Positions 35,801-49,790 of a DNA stretch of 64,000 nucleotides are shown here, piece after piece. The notes below the pieces were generated by a model. It saw only the letters and a list, made by a program, of their open reading frames with translations. It was not told where the DNA came from and made no database searches. The DNA lies in assembly GCF_018350175.1 (NCBI RefSeq), contig NC_058383.1:10294001-10358000 (forward strand), given 5' to 3'. The stretch is from Felis catus (lineage: Eukaryota). Every line of letters starts with the position of its first letter. Position 1 is the stretch's first letter. The translations under genes and the position numbers were made by a program.

Positions 35801-38800
35801 GCCTCTCTGCATGTGGGCGGGCACTGGTTAGGGGTGGGATATGGAGACAGAGATGGAGAAGGGACAGAGTGAGGCAGAGACAGGGGTGGCTTTTAGGTCC
35901 TGGCAAGTGGTGCTGCTGTCCCCAGCCCGGGAGGAGAAGCACCACCAGCTCATCCACAGGGACCATCTTGTCCCGTCTCCCCAGGCCCTTGCGTGAGGTG
36001 TCCAGGCACGAGGAAAAGTTCCTGCCTCGTCAAGGCCTCCAAAGTCAAACAGAGAGAGATTTTGTATTATTATCTGAGTCCTGCCGGCCGGGGAGAGAGC
36101 TGCTTCCTCTGGCCGTTCTAGAAGGCAGGTGTCTGGGGCTGCTGGGGGCTGTGATGGTCAGCCTTAGGCCCACCTGCTCTGCTAGGTCTTTTGGGGGGAC
36201 ACCTGGTTCTGAGGTGGGGGCGCTGTCTGCGGGGTCCCTTAGAGCTTCTGGGGCTGTGGCTGGGGGTCTCTATGAATGTGCATGTGTCGGGGGAGGGGCT
36301 CCCTCTCTGCCACCATCTGACCTGCCTGGGGAATTAAGCAGACAGAGGGAGGAGAGGGCATTCTGGGACCATTGGTGTCATCTCTAGACTCCTCTGACAC
36401 TCCTTGTCCCACAGCCACCTTCCGGCAAACTCACTGGGTGAGGCTTGTGCCAAGCACCGTGGGGAGGACTTTGTCCTGATGTAATATCTCAGTCCCCACA
36501 ACCGTGGCAGGAAGGGATCATGCTTATCCCCATTTTGCAGATGCAGAAACTGAGGCTCAGAGCCAGTAAATCACTTGTCCACACCGGCTGACAAGAAATT
36601 CAAACCCAGGCCTGTCTGACTGCTCTCACTGAGCCCCTAAGTCCCATCCGGGCCCAGAGGGCTGGGGAGAAACCATTTCCCAGACTCCAGGGGCTGACCC
36701 ATGCTTCCCAGATTCCCTGCCTGACGCCCCCATTCCCTAGCTGGCTGGTTTCAAGGGGGCTCGGCCGGGACTTGGGGGCCCGGCTGAGTGCCAAGGGGGA
36801 GGACGATAGGAGTAACAGGAGTGGAACCCCTCTCGGAAGTGGGGGGAGGGCAGCCCAGGCCAGGCAGGCAGGGCTTTCTAGATGGACTGGGTCTCAGGTT
36901 CCATGGGATGGGGTGGGCAGCGGTGGTGGGGAGAGGTCACCCAGGCCATGCTTTCTGCATGCATTTGAGGCTCTGTGGTCCAGGCCTGTGTGGGGAGACC
37001 GAGGCAGGAAGGACGGATGTTGGTCTTGTCCTTCGTCCTAGGGGACTTGGCTCTCTCCGGGGGGGGGGGGGAACTCTGGCCTGAGGAGAAAGGAAGCGGA
37101 GGAGGCTCTTGCTAAGACCTAGATTAACTGGACTCTACACGGTTGAACTTGGCAAGAGGAGGAAGCTGCTGGTTCAGCCCAGAAGGCACCTCCCTCCTCC
37201 ACCCTGGGCAGGCTGCGGGTGCCGGAAGGGGCGGTGGACTCCGTGCCCCCCCCTCGGGCTGCAGACCCCCAGCAGGCCTCCCCGACCCGGGGTGCTGTCC
37301 TTCGACGCCCAGCGTGTCACCCAGGCCTCACGGAACGCCCGAGTCAGATGGGGAAGCTAGTAGCTTGGGGGAGAGCCCAGAGCCCTCTGCTGCCACTTGC
37401 CAAGGTCCCAGTGCCTGGACCACTTATTCGGGGTCCATCCCGGTCCCCAGGACCAAGTCTCCCTGGGCCTCAATGCTCTGGATGGGAACCTGGGTGCCTA
37501 GGATAGGAGACTGGTTTCCACGGTGGCCTTTGAAGGCCTGTGGATCACTTCGGCCACCACTCATTACCCCGTCCCCCAGGATGGGGGGTCCGGCCCTGGT
37601 CTAGGCTCCTCGGCTGGGACGAGGCTTCTACACATGTCTCTGGACTATCAGGTCAGTGGCTTTGTCAGCTGGCCCGAGAGACGCTGCCTCTGGCCTCACT
37701 GCGGGTGCTTCTCATTCCCTCCTGGGGGGCTGCTGACCCGTGGGCCCTGGTGCTGGGTCTGCAAGGGCGTCATTAGCATGCCCTCTCCTTCCCCACCTTG
37801 GGACGGGCCCTCAGGAGCCCCGTCCCGCCATTCACAGCCCGGGGGGAGGGGATGATTATTAGCAGGTGCTCACAGTGGTAGAGGCCTGTCCACCTTCGAG
37901 GTCTGCCCAGGGTGCCCAGCTCCCCCTCTGCTTCCTTCCTCCCAACGAAGATTTGGGCAAAGGGCTCTGGCCATTTTCTCGGTTCACAAACATTCTGGCA
38001 GCCTCCTTGGTGACAAGCCCCGGGCTGGGCAGCAGAAGTCCTTGCCCTGGGTGAGTCCTGGTCGTGCTGTTAGAGGTTCTAGGGCCTCGGATCACCTACC
38101 TCCTGCCTCTGGCCTCAGTTTCCCTTTCTGAGGAACAGGGTTGGATTTGAGATGTTCAACAGAACCTTCTGGCTCTTGCTGAGGTGAAGCCCACCCCTCA
38201 CCCGACTGTCCAAAGCCCATCACCCACCCACCCCCATTCCCAAGGTCCTGCGACTGCCCCACCAGTCCCCAGGCTGTGCCCGTGACCCTCTTTCCAGTCT
38301 CGCGCCCTGTGGGCCTCGTTACCAACAGCGAGAGAGAGTGAGAGCGAGAGAGCGTCTGTCTTGCCTTGCTCTCTCTTCAAAGCCAAGCAGCGGGGAGCCC
38401 GTCAGGGAGCAAATCCTCCCAGGCAAACCAGGCCAGTCAACAAACAGGCGACCAGGACAACAAGGAAAGATTACGAAACTCAGAATAAGGGAAAGAGGCC
38501 ACTCCAAGCCTCTCTCTGGGACAGGGGGCGGCGAAATTGGGCCAGGCCTGTGGGTCAGAGCCTGCCTGGCCCGGACTATTTTTGTACTGTCTGGGGGGTG
38601 GGGGCTGATGAAATCCCAGCTGCATTTCACCAAAACACTTTCCCCTTAAGCCCGAGCTCCATGTGGTTCAAATTCATTGTCACTTAACTCATCACTCAAG
38701 GCTCTGAGCCGCACCCCCCCTCCCCCCTCCCCGAAAGACAAAAACACAGTCTCTGGCACGCGGGCGAGGTGGGCGTGAGGGGTTGTGACAAGCGGGCTGC

Positions 38801-41108
38801 CTGCCTTGACCTTAGCTGCCCCTGGCTCCTTCTATCCGGGCCTCGGTTTCCTCCAAGGTAAGAAGAGGCAGGCCGCTGTGCGAGCCCCACGGGGACTTGG
38901 GGTCGCTGACCCTCTCCCCTCCACCATGCCCCCCCTACTGCTGGAAGCAGGAAGCTGCTGTGCCCCCCAGTGCTGTGCGCGGAGGTCACCCCACGGAGGG
39001 GTCGCGTGGGCACACATCTGTGCCGATGAGCCAGGAGAGGCCAGTCTGCCTTTTCTTCTTGAGGCTTTTTTGCGACGTTTGTTGGCTGGCACCTGGTGTT
39101 CTTCACCTCAGGGCTCGTTGGGGTTGGCGAGGCCCGAATCCCGGCGGATGGGAAGGGCCGCTGGGAGGGGAACCACCAGAGGGCATTTTCGTCTTTATCA
39201 AACAGGGGGACGGTGACCTCTGCTTTTATAAACTGCCCCGACCCGACCCGTGGCTTCCCGAGCTGGGTGGCCACGGCCGCACGTGCATTGGATGACGGGC
39301 CCACCTGCCCCTATTCTATTCTGGGTGCCTAAGGCACCCAGAGTGCTCCAGGGCACGGCGGGGCTAATCCACTCCTGGGTCCCCAGTGCCCGGCACGGGG
39401 CTTGGCGTGGGACCCGAGCGCTACACATGCTTGTTGAATGAATTAATGCATTTCTCAAATCGCGTCAAAGTGCTATTTTCATTATCTCCAGGCCAGATGC
39501 ATCCAGGGCCTCGGCTCTCCAGATAAATATTGACAATCTGGCCCTCGCGTCTTCCGCAGGCAGGGACAGAGCTCTCGGTCTGATTTCGGCAGGAAGGAAA
39601 GCCCCAGGCCTTAGAGAGAGGTGACCCGGAGCTCCCCTCCCGCCCACATCAGGGACCCCTAGGACCCCTCCTGCTCTGCCGCCCCCTCTGCCGGGCCACC
39701 CCGCCAGCTTTGGTCTGTGGTCCCCAGACCGAGGGGGCAGCCGGGTGGAGCTGCAGGAGTGTGCTTTCCTGGGCAGGGTCAGGCAGTTCCTGAAGCAGCG
39801 CAGTTGTTTGGGTGCAAACATTTCCCTGCATTGTCCGGCTCCAGGAGGCAGCCAAGGGTCTGGGCAGGAGGCGGGGAGCTGTCCTCCCTTCCACCCCAAA
39901 GAGGACACCTCAGAGCTCACAGGTGGGGGCTGGGAGGTTGTCCCGGGCCTTGGGGGGATGCAGAGGAACTTTCGGCAGATAGGACGGAGATCTCTGCTGG
40001 GTAGCGGAGGATTTAGGTGGAGACACAAACCGGTCTCTGGTCCAAGTCCAGCCGAAGGATGAGATTATATCGGCCCCAGGGGCTGCTGGGAGGTGCCTGT
40101 CATTCTCTTGCAGGTGCTCCAGCCTCTCTTCCATGAACAACAGACTGCCACTCCCCGCCCCCTTCCAGCGAAGCTTGCCCCGCCTTTGAGGCTTCTGCCC
40201 AGTGACACCTTTTCTGGGGACAGCGGCTCTGGAGACGGGGTATCCTGGAAGTTGAGGAAAGGACATCCATGCTGATCCCTGTGGGTCTCCAGAATCTCCC
40301 GCTCTCTCTGCCACAGGGCCTCGGAATAAGACACTCCTCTGACTTCTGCTTACCTTCCCTGGGGCTCCGGAAAGAAGCTTGTCCGTGTCTAGGTGACAGG
40401 GGGCAAGGGTGTGTATCCCGAGGGATGCTCCATGGAACGTGTTTTGGTGGGGGGTGGGGGGTGGGGGGTGGGGAGAAGAAAAGTGCCTGGCTCCAATAAA
40501 CTGGGGAAACACTGGACTAGACAAAGTCAGGCAGGACTTCTCAGAGCCTTTGATTGTTAACAGGGGCTTTGATCTCCCAAGAAGGGGCACTGGCATGCAG
40601 TGTTTCCCAGCCTTATTTGATACTGGTGCCATTTTTCCTCATGGAATCTTTCCCAGGATGAGTGGGACATCCTCTGGGCTGTGCATGTTTAGAGGGCATC
40701 TAATGGATTGGAAATGGCCAATCACCCAGCAGAGGTGGTGGCTGTGGCTGAAGATGTTTCTCTTTTTATGTCAAGTTTGAAATCATCCTTGTAGCATCGG
40801 ATGAAGTTGGCCCCGGGAGGTTGGCCAAGCTAGCGTGGAGATCTGGCTACATGATTTGTCCTCTCTTCCTTGGCACGCAGGGGAGATGAGCTGGCAGGTG
40901 GACAGGACAAAGGGGCTAGGGACAGACCTGTCCATCTCTCTGACTTATTCTGAAAGTACGAGCTACGATTAGGTCAGTTGTGGTTGAGGTTGGGCGAGAC
41001 CCAGGCCACAGGGAGAGCTGGGAGGACTTCACTCATCAAGCTAGTGTGATGTTCTGGAAAGAGCCATCCCGGTGTCAGGGGAGATCTGAGTCCAGGACCA
41101 GATTCTGA

Positions 41109-41327
41109 CTTTTTTTTTTTTTTAATGTTTATTTATTTTTGAGGTAGAGAGAGACAGAGTGTGAGCCCGGGGAGGGGCAGAGAGGGAGGGAGACACAGGA
41201 TCCTAAGCAGACTCCAGGCTCCGAGCTGTCAGCACAGAGCCCAACATGGGGCTCGAACCCACAAACCGCGAGATCATGACCTGAGCTGAAGTCGGACGCT
41301 CTACTGACCGAGCCACCCAGGTGCCCC
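41109..41327 (-). mobile_element. Carnivore SINE
   Basis: Reverse-complement consensus; GACCAGATT occurs near both ends. Confidence 0.92.
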
Positions 41328-41957
41328 TCGAAGACCAGATTTGGGGATGAGTTTCTAAGACTGGTACCACTGCTCAGATCCCTGTCCCCTCCTCACAGCA
41401 AGAGTCCCCGGGCCCCACCAGCAAGCTCAGCTCTGCCCCAGGTTCTGGGGCCCAGCCTGACTTCAATTAGGGGCTTTTTGAAGGAGCCAAGCTCAATGTT
41501 CAGGTGATCGGCCTTTGATCTTGTGTCCCAGTTCTGATCACGAGGCTCAGCTTTGCTCCTAGGTTCCCTCTTGTCTGTCTGCTGCTGGACGTCCCCGTCT
41601 CTGCCTGGGTCCCAAGCCCCAGATGCCTGTTGCTATATCCCATTGACCTGCTGGGCCCCTTCTTCCTGTCCACTCTGGCTCGTCCTCTTTGCGTCTGCCT
41701 GGGCCCCAGGCCTGACCCGCTGGACGGGCTCCCTGTAGGTGACATTGTCTGAGAGTCTGTTCCATCTCCGAGGGAGTCCAGCTGGTCGGTCCTTCCCTGT
41801 CTCAGTCTGCAGCTCTCAACTGTCTCTGGGGCTTGGACACCAGACAGGCAACGAGGAACCATTCTACGTCAAGCCTCTTGAAAGTCATTCGGTCATTTGC
41901 TCGTTCAATTGCTTATTCTATCAACATTTGTGGAGTTGACCTCGGTCACACTCTAAC

Positions 41958-42102
41958 TCAGTGGTCCTCAGACCTGAGCGTGCATCCCTAGCCCCTGCAG
42001 GGGCTGATTTAGTAGGTCCGGAATAAGGCCTGATAACTTGCATCTCTACCAAATTTCCAGGTGATGTTGATGCTACTAGTCTGGGGGGGAGCCACACTTT
42101 GA
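41958..42102. mobile_element. MER5A-like DNA transposon
   Basis: cagtggtcctca...ttgcatctctaccaaatttccaggtgatgttgatgc...ccacactttga. Confidence 0.7.
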
Positions 42103-43679
42103 CGGGACAGGTCCAAGCTATTGTCAGCTATTAAAGTCCACATATGGACCAGCTTACCAGGCCATTGAAACCAGAAGCATCCTCCCACGGGGAGGTCCGG
42201 ACAGAGGAAGGCTTACGGAAGGACGTGGACCCCAGGGCGGGGTAGGTGAGATGTGCCAAGAGACAGACGGAGGACAGAGAGCTGTTTGGGAGCACAGAGG
42301 ACAAATTTGTATTTTTCCCAGGCTGGGCCAGGCCCCAGAGGTCAGGGCCTGGGACAGAAGGGAGGCGGCAGGCCCAGAGAAGGCTGGGGCCACACCGAGC
42401 AGAGGCTGGGTTTCGGCCGTGGGCCCAGTGCACCTGACCCGTGGGGCTGGGAACAATGGCTGGGCCGGTGCTGCCTGGCCAGCTGCCCCAGCACATCTCT
42501 GTTTTCCTTCCCGGCTCCGATCTCCCGGAGCTCTCTTTGCTCGCTCCCTCTCCGGCAAGCCCATCCTGTCCGCTGGCCCCTCGACAGCACATTCCTTCGT
42601 GCTGATTTCTTCTTTGCGGCTACAAGCGCACGTTCTCACAGTGAGGAGGGAAGTGAGGCCAGGGACCGGGGTGATGCCGAAGGGGGCTCAGGCAGGCCTC
42701 CCTGGGGCCCTGGCTCTGCATTGAGACCAGAAGGCACCTGGAGGGAGGAAGGGGCACGCCCTCAGGCTGCGGGTTCCCCAGTACCCAGCCATCCCTGAGA
42801 ACTTAGACTGCTTTTCCCCCCGACTCTGTATCTCCTGCTGTTAGGCAGGGCCCAGAGATTGGGGGTTCCTGCACTGCTAAGCCCTGGGCCCCTGGGCCCT
42901 AACCTTATGCACGGTCATATCAGCTGCACCCTCTGTGAAGCATGGCCCTGTGTATGCTCTGCTCCTTGTGGAGGAGGGCTCAATGCCATAGTGGAATGTT
43001 CCTTTCTGGAACAGGACCTCCCCCTGGCTCAGGCCACTGTTCCTGAAAGACCTGTGTGCAGGGGGACGTAGGTGTCCAGTGTTCCATCCAGGATGGCCCT
43101 GCCCAGCCTTTCTTTTATCCTGCCAGGGTCACCTTGCACAGAGGCAGGCAGGCTGTGACGCTCCCCTTCCCCCTGATTTGATAAGCCTGAGGCCAAGGAG
43201 TATGGTGCTGGCCAGTGTGACACAATATTGCAGTGGCCTGTCCTGTCTCTCCTTTCCTCATACCTGGGTGGCCCCAACATTCAGGGGAGTCCACCGCCCG
43301 GTCTGGCAGCAGGGGGGCTCGGACTTACGGCCTGGTGTCCCTGGAGTCTTTCCCAGTCTGTTTATGCTGGGACAGGGCTCTGCCTTGGGGTCAGGTTCAA
43401 GGTTCAATCTGGGGTTGCGGTCAGAATCAGGGTTTAATCTGGAATTGGGATTAGGGTCAGAGAGGGCTCTGGGGTCAGCCTGTATTTCAGGTTGGAGTTC
43501 AGTCTAGGGGTGGAGTTAGGGTTCAGTTTGGGATTCAGGCTTGTTCTGGGGTTGTGGTTGGGCTTAGCCTAGGGTGGGTTTTGGGGTCACTCTGGGTTTG
43601 GGGGTCAAGTCTCAGACTAGGTACTCTGTATTAGGACAAGACTCTTGTGTGGAGCTGGTTAAGGTGGGTATATGTTAAA

Positions 43680-43714
43680 TTAAAAAAAATTTTTTTTAAT
43701 TTATTTATTTATTT

Positions 43715-43759
<45 letters not shown>

Positions 43760-43883
43760 CTCAAGCAGGCTTCACTGTCAGCACAGAGCCCAATGCCCGG
43801 CTCAAATTCATGAACTGTGAGATCATGACCTGAGCTGAAATCAAGAGTCAGACGCTTAACCGACTGAGCCACCCAGGTGCCCC
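43680..43883 (-). mobile_element. Carnivore SINE with perfect 19-bp TSD
   Basis: AAGGTGGGTATATGTTAAA at 43661-43679 and 43884-43902. Confidence 0.95.
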
Positions 43884-46800
43884 AAGGTGGGTATATGTTA
43901 AAGATGATCCCTGTCCCCATCCCTTACCCTCACAACCAGCTGCTCCCTGATCCCTGGAGCCTCTAAGGGGCCCAGAGGCAGAATGAGGGCTGGGCTGTGG
44001 GGGTGGGGAGGGCACTGCAGCCAATGTGTCCTGACGCCTGTGTTGGAACTGGGGGCGCAGGGTGGACCAGCTAGCCCCTTGGTTCTCTCCAGGCCTCAGT
44101 CTCCCTGTCTGCGAAGCTCCACGTTGGGGAGATGGCTTGTGCTGCAGAAGCCCGGACCCGGCAGCTTGGGCAGCTGTATTGAGAGCTGGGCACGGGGAGG
44201 GCAGTGGGAGGCCCCTGCGGGAGCTGTGGCCTGGGCAGGTGCGGGGAGGAAGGGCAGGTCGGGAGAACCAGGGGCCATGCTTCGCTTCTGGCTCTTCTCT
44301 CCCTCTCCCAGCTTAGCCCCCTAATCTGGCCTCCTCCCGTCAAAGCCGCAGACACAAAAGAGAAGCCCCGATTGACGTCAGGCGAAGCGGCCACAGGGCC
44401 TCTGTCCCTCCCAGAAGTTTGGCTCTGGTGCCCAGTGTAGGATATCTGTGGTTTTTAAAAGGTGAACATGGCCCATAGCCCCGCTTCTGTGTCTCCACCA
44501 AAACCTGGCAAGACGGGTGGTTTGGGGGAAGGTGAGCTCTGGTGTCCTGGTCCTAGTCCGGAGCTGGACTGGACTGCTGAGCCCTCTCCCCTCGATGGGG
44601 TCCCCTCACCGGGCCCCCTCCCTTCCCTCCTCCCTCCCACTCACTGCAGACCCCAGAATCCTGTGCGTTTCCGTTGTCCCTAGCAGCTGCCCCCACCCCC
44701 CACTGTCTCTCCGGCCCCTTCTCCTTCCTCCCATCTCTGCCCTCATCTTCCAGGTCCTTCTCCACGCCGGTGCTCACTGCCCACTCCCCCCGGGGCTTCA
44801 TGGCTCATGGGTCTCAGGGCACCCCCTTCCCAATTACACCCTGTCTCCAAATCTCTGTGCCCCTAACACCAGCCCCAAGCCTGGCACACAGTAGGGGCTC
44901 CATGAGCCTTTGCTGCATCGGGAGGGATGAATTCCTCCTTGAATCTCCGTGTCCACTCACGCTCTGCCCCGCTTGGACGTGGACATTTGGACCACCGGTT
45001 TCTGGGAACCATTCTGCATCACAAGCAGTGGCCACCGGGAGGAGCCTGGGGAGCCAGATGTCCGTGGCGCCTTCGGTCAGCCTGACCCAGTGCAGCCCAG
45101 GGGTGGCCCTCCGTGCAGACGACTGTGATGGCCAGGCTCCCTGAGGGTCAGCATATGGTCATCAGGCCTGTCCTGCTTCTCGATGTCTGCCCTGGGGACC
45201 AGAGTCCCTTGTTCTCACAGTCCAGGAACGGGGAGAGAAAGACCCCATCTCTGATTCTCGCCCTGAGCCCTCCCCATCTGCTGTAGCCTCATGGCTGCTG
45301 CTGGGCTGTGGTGAATGTGACCATGACCCTGCCTTACTTAATGCCCTCAGTTTCCTGTCATTTACGGAATATGGTCCAAGCTGCTGACACCGGCTACCCA
45401 CGCTCATGCCCATCATCCCCTGCCAGCAGTTGGCCATCTCTCTGAGGCTTTATCCGGCCCCCCCCCGGGCCTAAGCTAAGCAACCTGCCTCCTGCCCTCC
45501 CGGGCACCTTGCTAGAACTTGAGGTCTCCTAAGTGAGGGTCGGTATCTGGGCAGCCCTGGGCTAGCCCTGAGACCTGTACCGTGAGAGTCACCGTGTGAT
45601 ATGGCAGGAGCCTGCATCCTTTGCCCCCATTGTACTGATGAGAACACTGAGGCCTGCAGAGAGGAAGAGACAGCTCACCCCAAAGGCCTCTGATTCTTCT
45701 TTGCAATTTTCCTTTTGTTGACCTATTGCTGTCTCTACCTAGGGTCACCTGAGTGGGCTTCACAGAGGACTGGACTGTCGGGGAGAACACCTCCTCCGGG
45801 AAGCCATCGTGATTTCCCCCCTACCCTGCCAGCCTTCTGAGCCATGGATGCTGGGTGCTGTCGCTGGGTGCTGTCCAGCTGTCTTGACATCAGCTGCCAG
45901 GCACGGTACCTGTGAACGCCGTCACCAAAGTCTCACCTTTACCACTGGTGCCCTCTGACCTTGGTCAGGCCCTTGTCGTTGTCGTTGTTGCTGTTGTTGT
46001 TGTTAAGCTCCACTTGACCTATTTATGGAACAAATGTGTTGCACTTGAATTCTGAGGCTCTGCGGTGGAGTTGGGGTTTGTTCCGGGAGGCCGAGGCCAG
46101 GGTTTTGGTGGCCTCTTGCTGTGTGCCCCAAGTGTCGTTGAAAGATCACGAGTAGGAGGCAGCAGGTCCTGGGCGAGAATCTATACCGGCCTCTCCACGA
46201 CTGTGTGGCCTCAAGCGCATCCCGCTCTGGGCCCCAGTTTCCTACAAAACAGGGAAACCTGCCAGGCCTGGCTTCCTTCGGGGGTTATTAAATGCGATCG
46301 TGGCTTTGGAGGTGTTTGCTAAGTTGAACAGCACCGTGCAGGTGGATGTGGGGGCTCGATGGCCCACAGCGCCCCGCGCGGGGCTCGGCTCAGAGGAGAC
46401 CGGGCGGATGACCGCACATGGCGCCCTGCCGAGGGAACGTGGCAGGTGTCTGGACGCCGCGTCCCCAGGCGACTTGTACGGGCAGCATTCCCAGCAGCTC
46501 ATGCTACGTTCCCAGCCGGTCCCACTGCTGGGCCAGCCTCCCTGCTGTTGGAGGGGCTGGGGGGCGGGGGGGGGGCACCTGGCACCGGCCCAGCCTGGCT
46601 AGTCTCCCACCCATGTTTTGTTCGCAGTTTGGAATGTCCTGGGACGCGGAGCTCGGCTCCCTGGGGAGACACTGGTGCCATCCCCTTGATCTCATCTCTG
46701 GACAGGTTCTTGTTCATTCCAGCCTGGGACTCGGCAGGCTCCCAGCCCCAGCCGCTGCCAGTCCCCGTCCGCCTGTGTCTGTCCCAGCGCTGGCAGCCAG

Positions 46801-47351
46801 GAGCCGTGCAGCTGGGAGCCGGGGGGCTTCCCGGGGGGCGGGCTTCTCCTAGCCCATCTGCGGCGGGGCCCTGATGCTTCTCTTCACAAACTCCTTTCTT
46901 TGCCGGTGACCCCCTGATACTGAGGTCCCGAAGTCTGCTTGGAATGACGTTCTCAGGACCTAAGGGACTGGGGCGGGGGCAGAACGTGCCAACCATCCTG
47001 ATTTCCGTTCCCCTCAGTGGGGCAGACGGTGCACAGAGTGGGCCCTGCGAAGTGTGGGGGAGTGGGTGTCAGAGACGGAGAAAGATGTGTGTGTGTGCAT
47101 GCGTGGGGTTTCCTTTGGCTCCCAGTTATAAGTACCCCTAAACTTGATGAATTGCGGGGAGAATTTGGGGTCTAGTTCAGGAAGGAGCCCATTCTCCCCT
47201 GGCCAGCATGCACTTCTGGGGTGGCTGGACGCCGTACCCTGACTTGGTCCCATATGCCCAGGTCAGGCCCACCTGGCCGGAGAGCAGGGAGGTAGGGTTA
47301 GACCTGCTCTCAGAAATGTGCAAAGGTGTATGTGTGCATGTGCATGTGCAT

Positions 47352-47390
<39 letters not shown>

Positions 47391-48529
47391 CACAAACACC
47401 AGCGAGTCACTCCCGAGCCTGAGGAAAGAGATTCATCCTTACCTAGCCAGGATATACTCCTGGTGTATCTAGCTCACGCCCGGCTGGGTTGGGGGGCCAG
47501 GAGCACGCTGATAGAGCAAAGAGGAATCCTCTCTGGGGGAAACGTAGCCCCGAACAGACCCCTGTGGTCTGTCCTCAGCTTGGGTAATCCCTGCCCTGAT
47601 GTAGGTCAGCACCTGCCCCAGGCTTGGGTAAACTCTCCTCTTTCCACATCGTTAATGAGGAGACTAAATAGTCGCTCTGGCAGGCCCCCCAGCCCCCCAG
47701 GCAGCCCGGCTGGAGCTATTAATATTCCCCGTGTTTATGACCCTTTGGCCCTGCTGACAGGCTCCTCTCTCTAGCCGTCGGAATTAATTTTGTGAATCAG
47801 AAAGGGGTGGGGGGAAGCAGCCTGTTGGAATCCAGGACAATGACATCCCCACCGCCCCCCTGCGGTGGGTCCCACTCGCTAATTCTGTAAAACAGTCACG
47901 GTGTCCAGCCCAAGCTGGGGCCGCCTGCCTGGCTGGGGCTGCCTCATACCTCTGCTATGCTCTCCCCCCCCCCCCCACCGGGAGGGGGGCTGGCCCCAGC
48001 CCCGATGATTCAGGCCCCCTGACACCTTGCACTGATGTCAGTGGGAACTGAGGCCTCAGGCCCCGGGATCTTCTGGCCTGTTGCCTGAGCCCGCGCCCTG
48101 CACGGGGCTTGGCCCCGGCTCGTGCCTCTCGTGACCTTCCCATGGACGAGGTCTGGCTGGGGGAGGAGGCCAGGCCAGACAGCCTCTCCCTCACGCTGTC
48201 CCCTTTCCGAGAGCTGCCCCGAGCTGGCGCCGGGACGTCCCCGGCCTCCTCGGGTTTCGAGGACTCGTTCTAAAATTAATATGGGGGAATTCGGGGAATT
48301 TGTGAACGAGTTCCCAGAGAACCGCGGCTGCCCTGGGGGCAAGCGTCCCTGCTTCTTCCCACCCTCCTCCGATTTTTATTTCCCTAACTTCCTATATGGG
48401 CAGATCCCCTGTGGGCAAACTCACTCTGTGAAGGGCAGGACGGGATACCCTGCACTCTGTAAGTTGGGGAAGAGTCTTCTCCTTCCGCCCCCACCGTGGA
48501 GAAGTTTCCGAGAGGAGACTTGTGTACAA

Positions 48530-49790
<1,261 letters not shown>

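Noticed and set aside
40504..40608. 11-bp inverted repeat GGGAAACACTG / CAGTGTTTCCC
   Set aside because: Most likely the internal palindrome of an old hAT-type MITE; no evidence for a structured RNA, and I cannot assign the family confidently.
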